This document shows positions 1 through 9,376 of a stretch of DNA of 64,000 nucleotides, piece by piece (the stretch's first letter is position 1; every line of letters starts with the position of its first letter). Made by a program: the position numbers and the translations under genes. The notes below the pieces were generated by a model, which saw only the letters and a list, made by a program, of their open reading frames with translations, made no database searches and had not been told where the DNA came from. The stretch covers positions 14,950 through 78,949 of the forward strand of contig JAGFJJ010000069.1 in assembly GCA_024102815.1 (NCBI GenBank), written 5' to 3'. The DNA comes from Phycisphaerae bacterium. GTDB taxonomy: Bacteria; Planctomycetota; Phycisphaerae; UBA1845.

Positions 1-1273
1 AGCGGTAGCGCTGGTCAACGATTCCCTTTCCTCGCGCGATACCGCCCTGGCGCTACGGCTCTGCCGGGCCGAATCCACGCTCAACCAGCTTTACGAGCGC
101 GATTTCGAGCAGATTCGCAGCGCGCTGCGCGGCGGAGGCGATACCGACAATCTGCTCACCGCGCTCTACATCTTCCACTACCTGGAGCGCATGGGAGATT
201 CCCTGCTGAATATCGGCGAGGCGGTCCTTTTCGCGGCCACCGGTGAAAAGCTGAAGCTGCACGATTACGTCCGCCTGCGCGAGGCCCTTCAGTCATTCCA
301 GCCGGATACGTCGATGGGCAACTACTCCATCGAATTCAGTTGGGAAACGCGCTCCGGCTGTCGGATCGCGAAAGTCGAAGAGAAGGGCGAGGACGGAAAC
401 GATCTGGAGGCGATCTTCAAGAAAGGGCACCTGGACAAGCTCAAGAAGGAAGAGGGCAATATCCGTCGATGGGAGAAGATCCTGCCAGGCGTCCCACCGC
501 AGATCCTCCAGTTTCGTGAGGGCGAAGAGGACGCCGCGCTTCTCCTGGAGTTTCTGGACGGGTTCACGTTCCGTGATCTTGTTCTCAATGCCGAAAAGCG
601 GATGGTCCGGCAGGCCCAGTCGGAGCTGGAGCGGGTCCTCGATCTTGCCTGGGAGCGGACGCGCCGGAATGAGGCCTGCAACGCGGAGTTCGTCAAGCAG
701 GCAACTACAAGGCTGGACGACGTCTACCGTCTGCATCCCGAGTTTGCCGCCGGCGGGTACCGCGTCGGGACGTTGGCGGTGTCGTCTCTGGAGGATCTCC
801 TGAAGCGGAGTACGGAGGTCGAGCGCACGCTGGGCGCCCCATTCAGTGTTCTGATCCATGGCGACTTGAATACGGACAATATCATTTTCAACCACCGCGA
901 GGGGACCATTCACTTCATCGACCTGCACCGCTCGCGGGAATCGGACTACGTACAGGATGTCTCCGTGTTCCTGGTCTCCAATTTCCGCATGCCGGTTTTT
1001 CATGGCGGTGTGCGCGACACACTCAACGGTGTGGCGTCGTCCTTCTTTGAATTTGCTCGAGGCTTCGCCGAACGCCAAAAGGACGGCACGTTTCCCGCAC
1101 GACTGGCTTTGGGGCTGGCGCGATCCTTCCTGACATCCACGCGATTCGAAGTGGATGGCGACTTTGCGAAGATGATGTACCTCAGGGCGGTCTATCTGCT
1201 GGAACGCGTGGTGGATCACGCCCCGCGCTCCTGGGAAGAGTTCGAATTGAGCACGGACGTGCTGCTTTATTGA
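1..1273 (+). CDS. PhoU-like N-terminal domain fused to an aminoglycoside-phosphotransferase (APH/choline-kinase)-like kinase domain; 5' partial (frame open to window edge). First gene of GAK-type cassette
   Basis: The frame of the 191 ORF has no stop back to position 2, so the gene starts upstream of the window. N-terminal segment LERMGDSLLNIGEAVLF resembles the PhoU signature (E..GD....NIaE). C-terminal half carries the Brenner kinase motif HGDLNTDNIIF followed by IDL (APH-like HGDxxxxN...ID). The stop overlaps the next gene's start (TTGA/ATG at 1270-1276). Confidence 0.6.
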   Translation, partial: AVALVNDSLSSRDTALALRLCRAESTLNQLYERDFEQIRSALRGGGDTDNLLTALYIFHYLERMGDSLLNIGEAVLFAATGEKLKLHDYVRLREALQSFQPDTSMGNYSIEFSWETRSGCRIAKVEEKGEDGNDLEAIFKKGHLDKLKKEEGNIRRWEKILPGVPPQILQFREGEEDAALLLEFLDGFTFRDLVLNAEKRMVRQAQSELERVLDLAWERTRRNEACNAEFVKQATTRLDDVYRLHPEFAAGGYRVGTLAVSSLEDLLKRSTEVERTLGAPFSVLIHGDLNTDNIIFNHREGTIHFIDLHRSRESDYVQDVSVFLVSNFRMPVFHGGVRDTLNGVASSFFEFARGFAERQKDGTFPARLALGLARSFLTSTRFEVDGDFAKMMYLRAVYLLERVVDHAPRSWEEFELSTDVLLY

Positions 1274-2208
1274 GGATGGATGCGCGGAGCAGCGCCGGGA
1301 AAGGTGTGAACAGGGTGGAAGCGGAACCCCCGTCGATTGCGGTCATCGGCCTGCCGGGAGGCTGGTCGACGAAGATGCTCGTCGAAGCCTTCAAGCGCTG
1401 CGGCTGCGAGACCGCCTTGTGGGACGCCCGAGGACTCACGCTCGACCTAGACCAGGGGAGGGTCTGGGGCGGCGCCGAACGTATTCTGGTCGATGCCGTC
1501 GTTCTCAAGAAGATCGGCCGGACCTATGCTCCGCGCATGCTGGATCGGCTTAGCGTCCTGAACTGGCTTGCGCAGCGCGGTACACCCATTTTTTCCCGAC
1601 CAGCCAATCTCAAGCGGGTGCTGGACCGCCTGAGCTGCACGGTCGAGCTGTCCTTGGCGGATATACCCATGCCGCCCACCGTTGTGACAGAGGACATCGA
1701 TGCAGCGGTCCGGGCCGTTGAGACATTCGGGCGGGCCGTGCTCAAGCCCGTGTATACCTCCAAGGCCCGCGGCATGCGCGTGGTCGATTCCGGTCTGGCC
1801 GCTCGCTCCGCGATCGAGGAGTTCCGCGATGAAGGCCACGCCCTTGTGTACGTGCAGAAGCTGCTCAAGCTTCCCGGTCGCGATCTCGGCTTGGTATTCT
1901 GCGGAGGGCGGTATCTGGGCAGCTACGCCCGCGTCGGGAAGGCGGATTCATGGAATACGACGACCGCCTCCGGCGGGAAGTACGCGCGGGCCGAGCCCGG
2001 CGACGACATCGTCGCCCTGGCCCACAAGGCGCAGGCTGTATTCGGCCTGGATTTCACCTGCGTGGATATTGCTGAAAGCGAGATTGGACCGGTCGTGTTC
2101 GAGGTCTCGGCCTTTGGCGGATTCCGCGGCCTGTGGGAAGCGGAAGGAGTGAATGCGGCCGATGCCTACGCCCGGCACGTCCTTTCGCGAATCAGCCGTG
2201 AGCAATAA
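1270..2208 (+). CDS. ATP-grasp enzyme, RimK/CofF-like (GAK-system ATP-grasp candidate)
   Basis: 312 aa; size and features typical of RimK-family ATP-grasp ligases: N-terminal pre-ATP-grasp region, central VLKPVYTSKARGMRVV and C-terminal FTCVDIAESEIGPVVFEVSAFGGF. Start is TTG 1270 or ATG 1276, overlapping the upstream stop (translational coupling). Confidence 0.65.
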   Translation: MRMDARSSAGKGVNRVEAEPPSIAVIGLPGGWSTKMLVEAFKRCGCETALWDARGLTLDLDQGRVWGGAERILVDAVVLKKIGRTYAPRMLDRLSVLNWLAQRGTPIFSRPANLKRVLDRLSCTVELSLADIPMPPTVVTEDIDAAVRAVETFGRAVLKPVYTSKARGMRVVDSGLAARSAIEEFRDEGHALVYVQKLLKLPGRDLGLVFCGGRYLGSYARVGKADSWNTTTASGGKYARAEPGDDIVALAHKAQAVFGLDFTCVDIAESEIGPVVFEVSAFGGFRGLWEAEGVNAADAYARHVLSRISREQ

Positions 2209-3322
2209 CTTGACCACCATCGCCGCGCTGGAGAAGTCGTTGCTGGCCGGTCAGGTCTGCGGCACGTCCCTGCGCCTGAAGTTCGAAGATTTTTCGATTG
2301 CTGTCCGCACCAACTCCGGGCAGTTGCGCAATGAGCTTGTGCATTACTATCGCCCCTTTGTGCAGCAAGGGGAACCGTTCACCGAGCAACGACCCGATGA
2401 TAGTGTTTCGGTGGTGGACGGCGACGCGCCCGTCGTGGGCATCCCGCTTCAGGACGTTCCCCTCGATCCAGGCAAGACGCGACGCAAGGAAGCGGTGGCC
2501 GACCTCGCCGACGGGCGCGTGGTCCTCAAGGTGCGGACGGGCATGTTGTTCTTGATGGGTCCATCGTCGGCAGTGGCCGTCGGACCGGCCCTTCGCAACA
2601 CGAATCAGATCATCAATTTCATCGACAGCCGTTACCTGCGCTGGCGTCTGGATCGAGGCGGCGTGCTGCTTCACGCCGCCGGCGTGCGCGGGCCTGGCGG
2701 TGGGGTGGTCATCGCCGGGCTTTCCAACCGCGGAAAATCAACGCTTGCGCTGCGACTCGTCGGGGCGGGGTTGGATTTCATCAGCAATGATCGCGTCGTT
2801 GCGCAAAAGAGCAGCGACGGCTTGATCATGTACGGATTGCCCAAGCAGCCCCGGGTAAACCCCGGCACCATCGTCACCAACCCGATCCTGCGCAGTCTGA
2901 TCCCGGAATCGCGCCGCAATGCGCTTTCAGAGCTTTCTCCCGATGAACTCTGGCGGCTTGAGGACAAGTACGATGTGGACATCGAGGCTTGCTTCGGCGA
3001 AGGTAAACGCGTGCTGTCCAGCCCGCTTCGGTGTGTCGTCGTCTTGAGTTGGAAACGGGGTGAAGGTCCGCCGCGATTGAATCGGGTGAATCTGGCGTCC
3101 CGGTCCGACCTGCTTGCCGCACTGATGAAATCCGTCGGCGTCATGGTCGGCGGGTCGATCAATCCCGATGTCCGTCGGCCTCGTCCCCAGGCGTATCTTG
3201 CTGCGCTGGACGGCTGCCCGGCATACGAATTGGGGGGCGGGGCAGACTTCGACTGGGCGTGCGAAAACGTGATGTCATTGATGAACACTCCGAAAACCAT
3301 CCCGGGTGGGGGACAGCCATGA
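2198..3322 (+). CDS. HprK-related P-loop serine kinase family protein (HprK-related kinase B-like)
   Basis: Walker-A-like GVVIAGLSNRGKSTLALRLV resembles the HPr kinase C-terminal domain P-loop (G.SG.GKSE). Start is ambiguous: ATG 2153 (56-bp overlap), GTG 2198 or TTG 2210; GTG 2198 chosen. Stop TGA overlaps the ATG of the next gene (ATGA at 3319-3322). Confidence 0.6.
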   Translation: MSNNLTTIAALEKSLLAGQVCGTSLRLKFEDFSIAVRTNSGQLRNELVHYYRPFVQQGEPFTEQRPDDSVSVVDGDAPVVGIPLQDVPLDPGKTRRKEAVADLADGRVVLKVRTGMLFLMGPSSAVAVGPALRNTNQIINFIDSRYLRWRLDRGGVLLHAAGVRGPGGGVVIAGLSNRGKSTLALRLVGAGLDFISNDRVVAQKSSDGLIMYGLPKQPRVNPGTIVTNPILRSLIPESRRNALSELSPDELWRLEDKYDVDIEACFGEGKRVLSSPLRCVVVLSWKRGEGPPRLNRVNLASRSDLLAALMKSVGVMVGGSINPDVRRPRPQAYLAALDGCPAYELGGGADFDWACENVMSLMNTPKTIPGGGQP

Positions 3323-4536
3323 GTCCCAGCGACGTTCCGGCCCCCGTCCGCGTTCCCATACACCGGACGCACCGCGTTCCCGACCGCCTCCGCCTCATGC
3401 GCTTCCGCAAGGCGCCGGAATACGGTCCGCGCGTGCTCTTCTTCAGCGGAGGCACGGCGCTCAATCCCCTCAGCCGGGCCCTCGTCGAATACACGCACAA
3501 TTCCATCCACCTGACGACACCCTTTGATTCCGGCGGAAGCTCGGGGAAGTTGCGGGGCGCTTTTGACGTCCCCGGTGTGGGGGACTTGCGCAGCCGACTC
3601 ATGGCCCTGGCGGACCGCAGCGTGCGCGGACAATCCGACATTTTCAATCTCTTCGCCCATCGGCTTTCCCAGAAGGCCTCGGCCGAGGAATTGCGTCGCC
3701 GGCTTGAGGCGATGATCGACGGCAATGATCCCCTGGTTTCCGCCATCATGGACCCCATGCGCAAGCTGATCCGCAATCACTTGCGGCACTTTTACGAGGG
3801 GATGCCGGCCGACTTTGACCTTCGCGGGGCGAGCATCGGGAATCTCGTTCTCGTCGGCGGATACCTCAACAACCGCCACGAGATTGATCCCGTCGTGTTT
3901 CTTTTCTCTCGGCTTGTCGAAGTAAAGGGAACCGTCGTTCCCACCGTCACGGGTGACCTGCACCTTGCGGCACGGCTTGGGGACGGCAATCTTGTGGTTG
4001 GCCAGCACCGCATGGCCGGTAAGGAATATCCCCCGATCGGCAGTCCGATACGCGAGCTGTTCCTGGTCAAGGATCTTGAAGCCAAGACACCCTGTCGCGT
4101 ATCCATCGACGAGCGTGTCCGCCGACTCATCGGACAAGCCGATCTCATCTGCTTTCCGATGGGCAGTTTCTTCTCCAGCGTCGTGGCCAACCTGCTTCCA
4201 GCCGGTGTCGGCGCCGCTGTGGCAGCCAACCCTTGCCCGAAAGTCTATATCCCGAACACGGGAACCGATCCGGAGCAGTTCGGGCATTCCGTCGCAGATT
4301 GCGCGGCCATTCTTGTACGAACGCTGGCGGCTGATTGCGGCGCCAAAGCGAAGGTGGACACGCTTCTGACGCACGTGCTCGTGGACAGCCGGACCAGTGC
4401 CTACGCCGCGGCGGTGGATATGGAGGCGATCCAGTCGCTGGGGCTCTATGTCATTGACGCGCCGCTTGTGACAGACGAATCGGAGCCTAATCTTGATGAA
4501 GATCGGCTCCTTTCCGTGCTGCTGTCCATGAGCTGA
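3319..4536 (+). CDS. CofD/YvcK-family protein (2-phospho-L-lactate transferase-like; GAK-system CofD-like candidate)
   Basis: VLFFSGGTALNPLSRAL matches the N-terminal GGGTG/GGA nucleotide/phosphate loop of the CofD/YvcK (UPF0052) family. Size about 405 aa. ATG 3319 is preceded by GGGTGGGGGA and overlaps the upstream stop. Confidence 0.65.
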   Translation: MSPSDVPAPVRVPIHRTHRVPDRLRLMRFRKAPEYGPRVLFFSGGTALNPLSRALVEYTHNSIHLTTPFDSGGSSGKLRGAFDVPGVGDLRSRLMALADRSVRGQSDIFNLFAHRLSQKASAEELRRRLEAMIDGNDPLVSAIMDPMRKLIRNHLRHFYEGMPADFDLRGASIGNLVLVGGYLNNRHEIDPVVFLFSRLVEVKGTVVPTVTGDLHLAARLGDGNLVVGQHRMAGKEYPPIGSPIRELFLVKDLEAKTPCRVSIDERVRRLIGQADLICFPMGSFFSSVVANLLPAGVGAAVAANPCPKVYIPNTGTDPEQFGHSVADCAAILVRTLAADCGAKAKVDTLLTHVLVDSRTSAYAAAVDMEAIQSLGLYVIDAPLVTDESEPNLDEDRLLSVLLSMS

Positions 4537-4575
4537 TGTCGTCGTTTACGAAGTGATTCCATCGGAGATTAACAG

Positions 4576-5241
4576 GTGTCAACAAACCAGAGAGCACGAA
4601 TCGTCGAGATCATTCGGGGTGCCCGAGTCAGCGCGATTATCCGCACCAACAGCCGGGATTCCGCCGCACGAGCCATCGACGCCGCTGTCGAAGGGGGTTT
4701 CCGCATGGTCGAATTCACGCTGACGACGCCGTCCGCGTTGGAGCTGGTTGCGGAGTTTGCCCGCCGGGACGGGCTCCTCGTGGGGGCGGGCACGGTGCTC
4801 AGTCCCGAGGCCGCCCGCCAGGCGGTTCAGGCCGGTGCGCGTTTCCTGGTTTCGCCCGTTTGCGATCCGCCCGTTCTTGCCGAAGCCGCTCGATTGGATG
4901 TGCCGACCATTCCGGGGGCGTATACGCCGACGGAAATGCTCGCCGCATGGCGCCTCGGCGCCGATTTCGTGAAGCTCTTCCCCGCCCCGCCGGGCGGTGC
5001 GGACTACGTTCGGGCGATTCGCGGCCCGCTCCCCGATCTGCCGATATTCCCAACAGCCGGCGTCACGCCGGAGAACTTCACCGAGTTCCTCGACGCGGGT
5101 TGCGTGGGCGCAGGGTTTGTCGCGACGCTCTTCCGACCGGATGACATTGCCCACCGGCGTTTCGATGCCATTCGCGATCGGGCGGCAGCGATCTTCACCC
5201 GTCTTCGGGCGTGGACCGAATCTCACCGCGCCGCCGGCTGA
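4576..5241 (+). CDS. eda: 2-dehydro-3-deoxyphosphogluconate (KDPG) / 4-hydroxy-2-oxoglutarate aldolase
   Basis: 221 aa. Motifs MVEFTLTTP, GAGTVL, KLFPA and PTAGV align with E. coli Eda (VLEVTLRT / GAGTVL / KFFPA / PTGGI). GTG start at 4576 with GGAGATT RBS 5 nt upstream; 39 bp after the CofD-like stop, same strand. Confidence 0.8.
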   Translation: MSTNQRARIVEIIRGARVSAIIRTNSRDSAARAIDAAVEGGFRMVEFTLTTPSALELVAEFARRDGLLVGAGTVLSPEAARQAVQAGARFLVSPVCDPPVLAEAARLDVPTIPGAYTPTEMLAAWRLGADFVKLFPAPPGGADYVRAIRGPLPDLPIFPTAGVTPENFTEFLDAGCVGAGFVATLFRPDDIAHRRFDAIRDRAAAIFTRLRAWTESHRAAG

Positions 5242-6581
5242 TCCTGCCACCCTTTGGGCGGAAGTTCTCTCAGGCTGCTGGGGACTCAAGCTTGACGATC
5301 GCGCAATTGGCCCAACATCCTTCAGCGGTTTTCGGTCCGCGAGTCGCTGCCGCCCAGCCGCTGGACGAATCGCAGGTCGCGCGGCGGCTGGAATCATCCA
5401 CCGAACTTGCGACTTGGGTCTCGTGCTGTGAAGCCGCTCCCGAGGCCCTGTTGGTCATCAACGATTCTCACCGCAGCACGTGCACGCGCGAGGTGCTCAC
5501 CGCGCTGGCAACGTTGCTGGGGCGGCAGTCAGCGAGTCCGTCCTTTCGCGTACTGGTCGCCACCGGCACGCATCGCATTTCCAACGCCGAACAGAGGCAC
5601 TTCGAGTCCCGAACAATTCTCGATTGCGGCTTGCGGATTTCAGCCGTCGTCTGGCACGATGCCCGCAGCGAGTGCCTCGCGCCATTCGCCGGCGTCCGCG
5701 TTCATCCCTGGCTTGTGGAACTTGATTGCTGGCTGGCCGTCGGCAGCGTCGAGCCTCATTATTTCGCCGGTCTGACCGGCGCCCACAAGACGGCGACGAT
5801 CGGTTGCATGTCCAAGGCGGACATCGAATCGAATCATCGCGGCGCGCTCCATCCGGGGTCGGACGTGCTCTGTTTGCATGGCAATCCCGTGCATGAGGGC
5901 ATTGCGCAGGTTCTCCGAGAATTCTCGGCGTGCGGGAAACACCTTCTGGCGATCAATGAAATCGTGGCCGAGCGGCATATCCTCGAACTCGCCGTGGGCG
6001 ATCCGCTTTCAACCCTGGAGTTGTTGCTTCCCCAGGTCCGCTCGGTCTACGTTCACGCCGTTCCTGGACCGGCCGACCTGCTTCTGCTCCATGTTCCCAT
6101 GCCGCTTGGCCGCAGCCTCTACCAGGCGGACAAAGCCCTCAAGAACAACCATCGCGCCGTTCGCGATGGCGGGGCGATTCTTCTCGAAGCCGACTGTCCC
6201 GACGGTGTCGGGGACGATGCCTTCCTGGGACTGCTGGATCGCGCTCCTGACTACGCCTCGGCCTGTCGCCTTGTCGAACAGGAGGGCTATCGCCTCGGAG
6301 ATCACAAAGCTGTCAAACTGCGTCACCTGACCGATCCACTGATGCGGGGTGTCAGGGTTGCGGTCGTTTCGGCAAACCTTTCCGATGAGTTGGCACGCCG
6401 CGCCGGTCTGCGAGCGTTTGCGGATCGCGCCGAGGCCCTCCAATGGCTCGCGGGTGCGTGCAGCGGCTCGATGCAGAACACGATCGTCGTGAACGACGCG
6501 GGATTTGTGGTCGTGATGCCCGCGGAAAACGGCGCGCCGAACCCTGGTCCGGCAGCGGACTTCAATCTGCACGACCAATGA
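5211..6581 (+). CDS. LarA (lactate racemase, DUF2088) family protein
   Basis: VATGTHR and SVEPHYFAGLTGAHK resemble the LarA N-terminal-domain Ni-pincer cofactor-binding motifs; length about 430 aa if the start is near 5290 (TTG). True start uncertain; the track ORF overlaps the eda end. Confidence 0.5.
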   Translation: MDRISPRRRLILPPFGRKFSQAAGDSSLTIAQLAQHPSAVFGPRVAAAQPLDESQVARRLESSTELATWVSCCEAAPEALLVINDSHRSTCTREVLTALATLLGRQSASPSFRVLVATGTHRISNAEQRHFESRTILDCGLRISAVVWHDARSECLAPFAGVRVHPWLVELDCWLAVGSVEPHYFAGLTGAHKTATIGCMSKADIESNHRGALHPGSDVLCLHGNPVHEGIAQVLREFSACGKHLLAINEIVAERHILELAVGDPLSTLELLLPQVRSVYVHAVPGPADLLLLHVPMPLGRSLYQADKALKNNHRAVRDGGAILLEADCPDGVGDDAFLGLLDRAPDYASACRLVEQEGYRLGDHKAVKLRHLTDPLMRGVRVAVVSANLSDELARRAGLRAFADRAEALQWLAGACSGSMQNTIVVNDAGFVVVMPAENGAPNPGPAADFNLHDQ

Positions 6582-6589
6582 TGTCTGCG

Positions 6590-9376
6590 TCATGGCAGGC
6601 CGGTTGTCGCGGAGTCGATGATTTCCCGAAGGCGCGCGAGAAGCCGCTGGGCCTCGTCGGTGTTACCGCTGCGCACCGCCTCCAGCACCGGCACAGCCGC
6701 CTCCGATACCTCGGAGAATCCCACGATTCCGCTCGTGCCCACCATCTGGTGGAGTATCTCCCGAGCTTCCGCGAATGCGCCGCGTTCGATGGCTTCTTGC
6801 AGCGTCTCCGCCCGGCGGGGAAGTTCTCTCGCGTATCGATGGCGTACCTCGTCCATTTGGGCAGTGTTGTCGGGCGGAGGTTGCGATTCCCGGGTTTCCA
6901 CATCGGCGCTTTGCAGATAGGCCGCTGAACGCTCGATCAGCGTATCAAGCGGTATGGGCTTACTCCAGAAATCATCAAAGCACGGATCAACGACGTGAAG
7001 GTTGTTGGCTCCGGACACGGACGCCGTCAAGGCGATGATCGGTGCCAGACATCCCCGACGCCTCAGCTCGCGACCGGCCGCGTTCCCATCCATGCCCGGC
7101 ATGCGAATGTCCAGCAGAATGAGGTCGAAGGGCTGCGCCACGGCCTCGCAAACCGCTTCGTGCCCGTCGCCGACGAGCACGACCTCCGCGCCCGCACCAC
7201 GCAGGGCCAGTCCCAGCAACTCCCGCGCGTCCGGGAAATCGTCTGCGATCAGCACGCGACCTTTCAACCGACGGGACGTTGCGCTCGCCCCCGAACGCAA
7301 TCGGTGGAGCTCCGCATAGGCATCTTCAGGAGTCAAACGGGATTCGTCCGCGCAGTTTCCGATCGCGACGCGCAGGGTGAACGTGCTTCCCTGTTCTTCA
7401 ACGCTCGTGACATGAATGTCGCCGCCCAGTTGTTCAGCGATCCAACGGGTCAACGAAAGCCCGAGCCCCGCGCCGACCTTCCCCGCAATGGGCTGGCGAT
7501 CCAGTTGCGCAAAAGCTTCGAAGATGCCCTCCAGGCGCGAAGACGGGATCCCGACGCCGGTATCCGCGACGGCGAAGACAACGTGCCTCTTGTCCTCTCC
7601 TGTTCGGACTTGAAGGAGAATATGGCCCGCATGCGTAAACTTGAAGGCGTTGTTCAGGAGATTGACGATGGCCTGTTTGAGTCGCGTGGCATCCGTATGG
7701 ATCACCGCCGGAATCGCATCAACAACCTCTACACGAAACTCCACGTCGGGTGAGCGACCCAGCGACTCCACGATGGCACAACAATCCGCGATGACGGAAA
7801 CGAGCGATACGTCCGCGCAATCGACCTGCAGTTTTCCGGCTTCGATCCGCGCCGCGTCCAGGAGGTCGTTGATCAGCGAAAGAAGGTACTCCCCGTTTCG
7901 GACAATGGTCTCCAGCCGCCGTGGCAGGTTCTTGGAGGATTCGCGATTCACCAGCTCCGCGGCGCCGAGCATGGCCGTGATCGGTGTTCGAATCTCGTGG
8001 CTGATGTTGGCCAGAAAGCGACTCTTGGCCTGCGATGCCGCCTCCGCCGCCGCTTTCGCCCGGCGTAATTCCACTTCGGCGCGCTTTTTCTCCGTAATGT
8101 CCGTGGAGACGCCGCAGACCGCATAAACCCGGCCGTCCAGGTCATGGAGAGGAAACTTCACGGAAAGGTAAATGTGCTCGCCGTCGTCCTGCGGCACCCG
8201 TTCTTCAAACTCAATGGGAACGCCGGTGTCGCGCACGCGGCGGTCGTTGGCCTGGAAGGCTTCAGCGTAGTTCGGCGTAAACAGCTCGACATCGGTGTGT
8301 CCCACAATCTGATCGCGCGTAAAGTGGAACATCTGTTCAAAGACCCGGTTCGTCAGGATATACCGCCCGTCTGCGGCCTTCGCGTAGATAACCGCCGGGG
8401 AATTGTCCACGATCGTCTGGATTCGTTTCTCGCTCTCGTCCAGCGCCGTGACCGCCTGCACCCGTTCCTCGACCGCCCGCCTGACCTGTTCGTATGAGTC
8501 AGACAGGGCTCGCGTCCGCTCCTCCACCCGCCGCTCAAGCGATTCCCGCGCCTCCCTCAGCTCCTGCTCCGCGCGGTGCCAGTCCGTAATGTCGGTGATG
8601 AATCCTTCAAGCGCCTGCAAGTTCCCCGCCGCGTCGAAGACCCCTCGTCCCTGTTCCCAGACGACTTTCTCGACGCCCTCGGCCGTCCTGATCCGGTAGG
8701 TCATGCGAAAGGGCTGTCGCCGATCGACGCCTTGCTGGACGGCGTTCCAGACAAGCTGCCGGTCCTCCTCATGAATAACGTCCGCGTAGGCAACGAGCCG
8801 ATTCTCAACGATTGCCTCCGCGGCGTATCCGGTCAGTTCCGCACAGCCTTCGCTGACGAACTCCATCGTCCAGTCGGCGTCATTGCGGCAGCGGTACGCC
8901 ATACCGGGCAGGTTGCTCAGCAATGTGGACAGTGCCCGCTCGCTTTCCCGCAGGCGATCGGACGTCAGTTTCCGCTCCGTCATATCCGAGCCGATGCCGA
9001 GGAAGGCCGCTTCGCCGCGATAGCGGACGGGTGACGTAACGTAGTCCAGCCAGAGTGTACGCCCATCCTTGCGGAGGATCCGAATTTCGTAGCGGGAAAT
9101 GCTGGGACGGTCGATGGACTGGCCCGGACCCCAGGCCTGTGCAATGGTCCGAGCGTCCGGATGGAGAAGCGCCCGGAGCTCCAGGCCGACCATCTCTTCC
9201 ATCGGGTAACCGGTTAGTTCGCAGGTCTGTTCGCTGGCATAGACGATGCGCCCCTCCCGATGCACCCAGAGCGCTGCCGGGATTGCTGCAATGACGTGCG
9301 CCAGTACGTCGCTGCAGTCACTCAGCAGCGATTCGTCTGAAATTGTCTCGCCGCGGGTCGCTTTCATCCGAGACAT
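6590..9376 (-). CDS. Multi-sensor hybrid histidine kinase (PAS-PAS-PAS-HisKA-HATPase_c-REC-Hpt)
   Basis: 928 aa. H-box SHEIRTPITAMLGAAELV; HATPase G-boxes DTGVGIPSSRLEGIFEAF and GAGLGLSLTRWIAEQLGG; receiver LILLDIRMPGMDG; C-terminal Hpt-like HQMVGTSG; three N-terminal PAS-like segments. Confidence 0.85.
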   Translation of the reverse strand: MSRMKATRGETISDESLLSDCSDVLAHVIAAIPAALWVHREGRIVYASEQTCELTGYPMEEMVGLELRALLHPDARTIAQAWGPGQSIDRPSISRYEIRILRKDGRTLWLDYVTSPVRYRGEAAFLGIGSDMTERKLTSDRLRESERALSTLLSNLPGMAYRCRNDADWTMEFVSEGCAELTGYAAEAIVENRLVAYADVIHEEDRQLVWNAVQQGVDRRQPFRMTYRIRTAEGVEKVVWEQGRGVFDAAGNLQALEGFITDITDWHRAEQELREARESLERRVEERTRALSDSYEQVRRAVEERVQAVTALDESEKRIQTIVDNSPAVIYAKAADGRYILTNRVFEQMFHFTRDQIVGHTDVELFTPNYAEAFQANDRRVRDTGVPIEFEERVPQDDGEHIYLSVKFPLHDLDGRVYAVCGVSTDITEKKRAEVELRRAKAAAEAASQAKSRFLANISHEIRTPITAMLGAAELVNRESSKNLPRRLETIVRNGEYLLSLINDLLDAARIEAGKLQVDCADVSLVSVIADCCAIVESLGRSPDVEFRVEVVDAIPAVIHTDATRLKQAIVNLLNNAFKFTHAGHILLQVRTGEDKRHVVFAVADTGVGIPSSRLEGIFEAFAQLDRQPIAGKVGAGLGLSLTRWIAEQLGGDIHVTSVEEQGSTFTLRVAIGNCADESRLTPEDAYAELHRLRSGASATSRRLKGRVLIADDFPDARELLGLALRGAGAEVVLVGDGHEAVCEAVAQPFDLILLDIRMPGMDGNAAGRELRRRGCLAPIIALTASVSGANNLHVVDPCFDDFWSKPIPLDTLIERSAAYLQSADVETRESQPPPDNTAQMDEVRHRYARELPRRAETLQEAIERGAFAEAREILHQMVGTSGIVGFSEVSEAAVPVLEAVRSGNTDEAQRLLARLREIIDSATTGLP

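Noticed and set aside
2153-2197. ATG 2153 as start of the HprK-like gene
   Set aside because: It would overlap the ATP-grasp gene by 56 bp. GTG 2198 or TTG 2210 gives the short overlap typical of the other junctions in this operon, but this is not certain.
2671-4374. 567-aa minus-strand ORF antisense to the HprK-like and CofD-like genes
   Set aside because: Its composition is low-complexity and Arg/Ala/Pro/Ser-rich, typical of GC-driven shadow frames. The opposite-strand genes have clear family motifs and coupled junctions.
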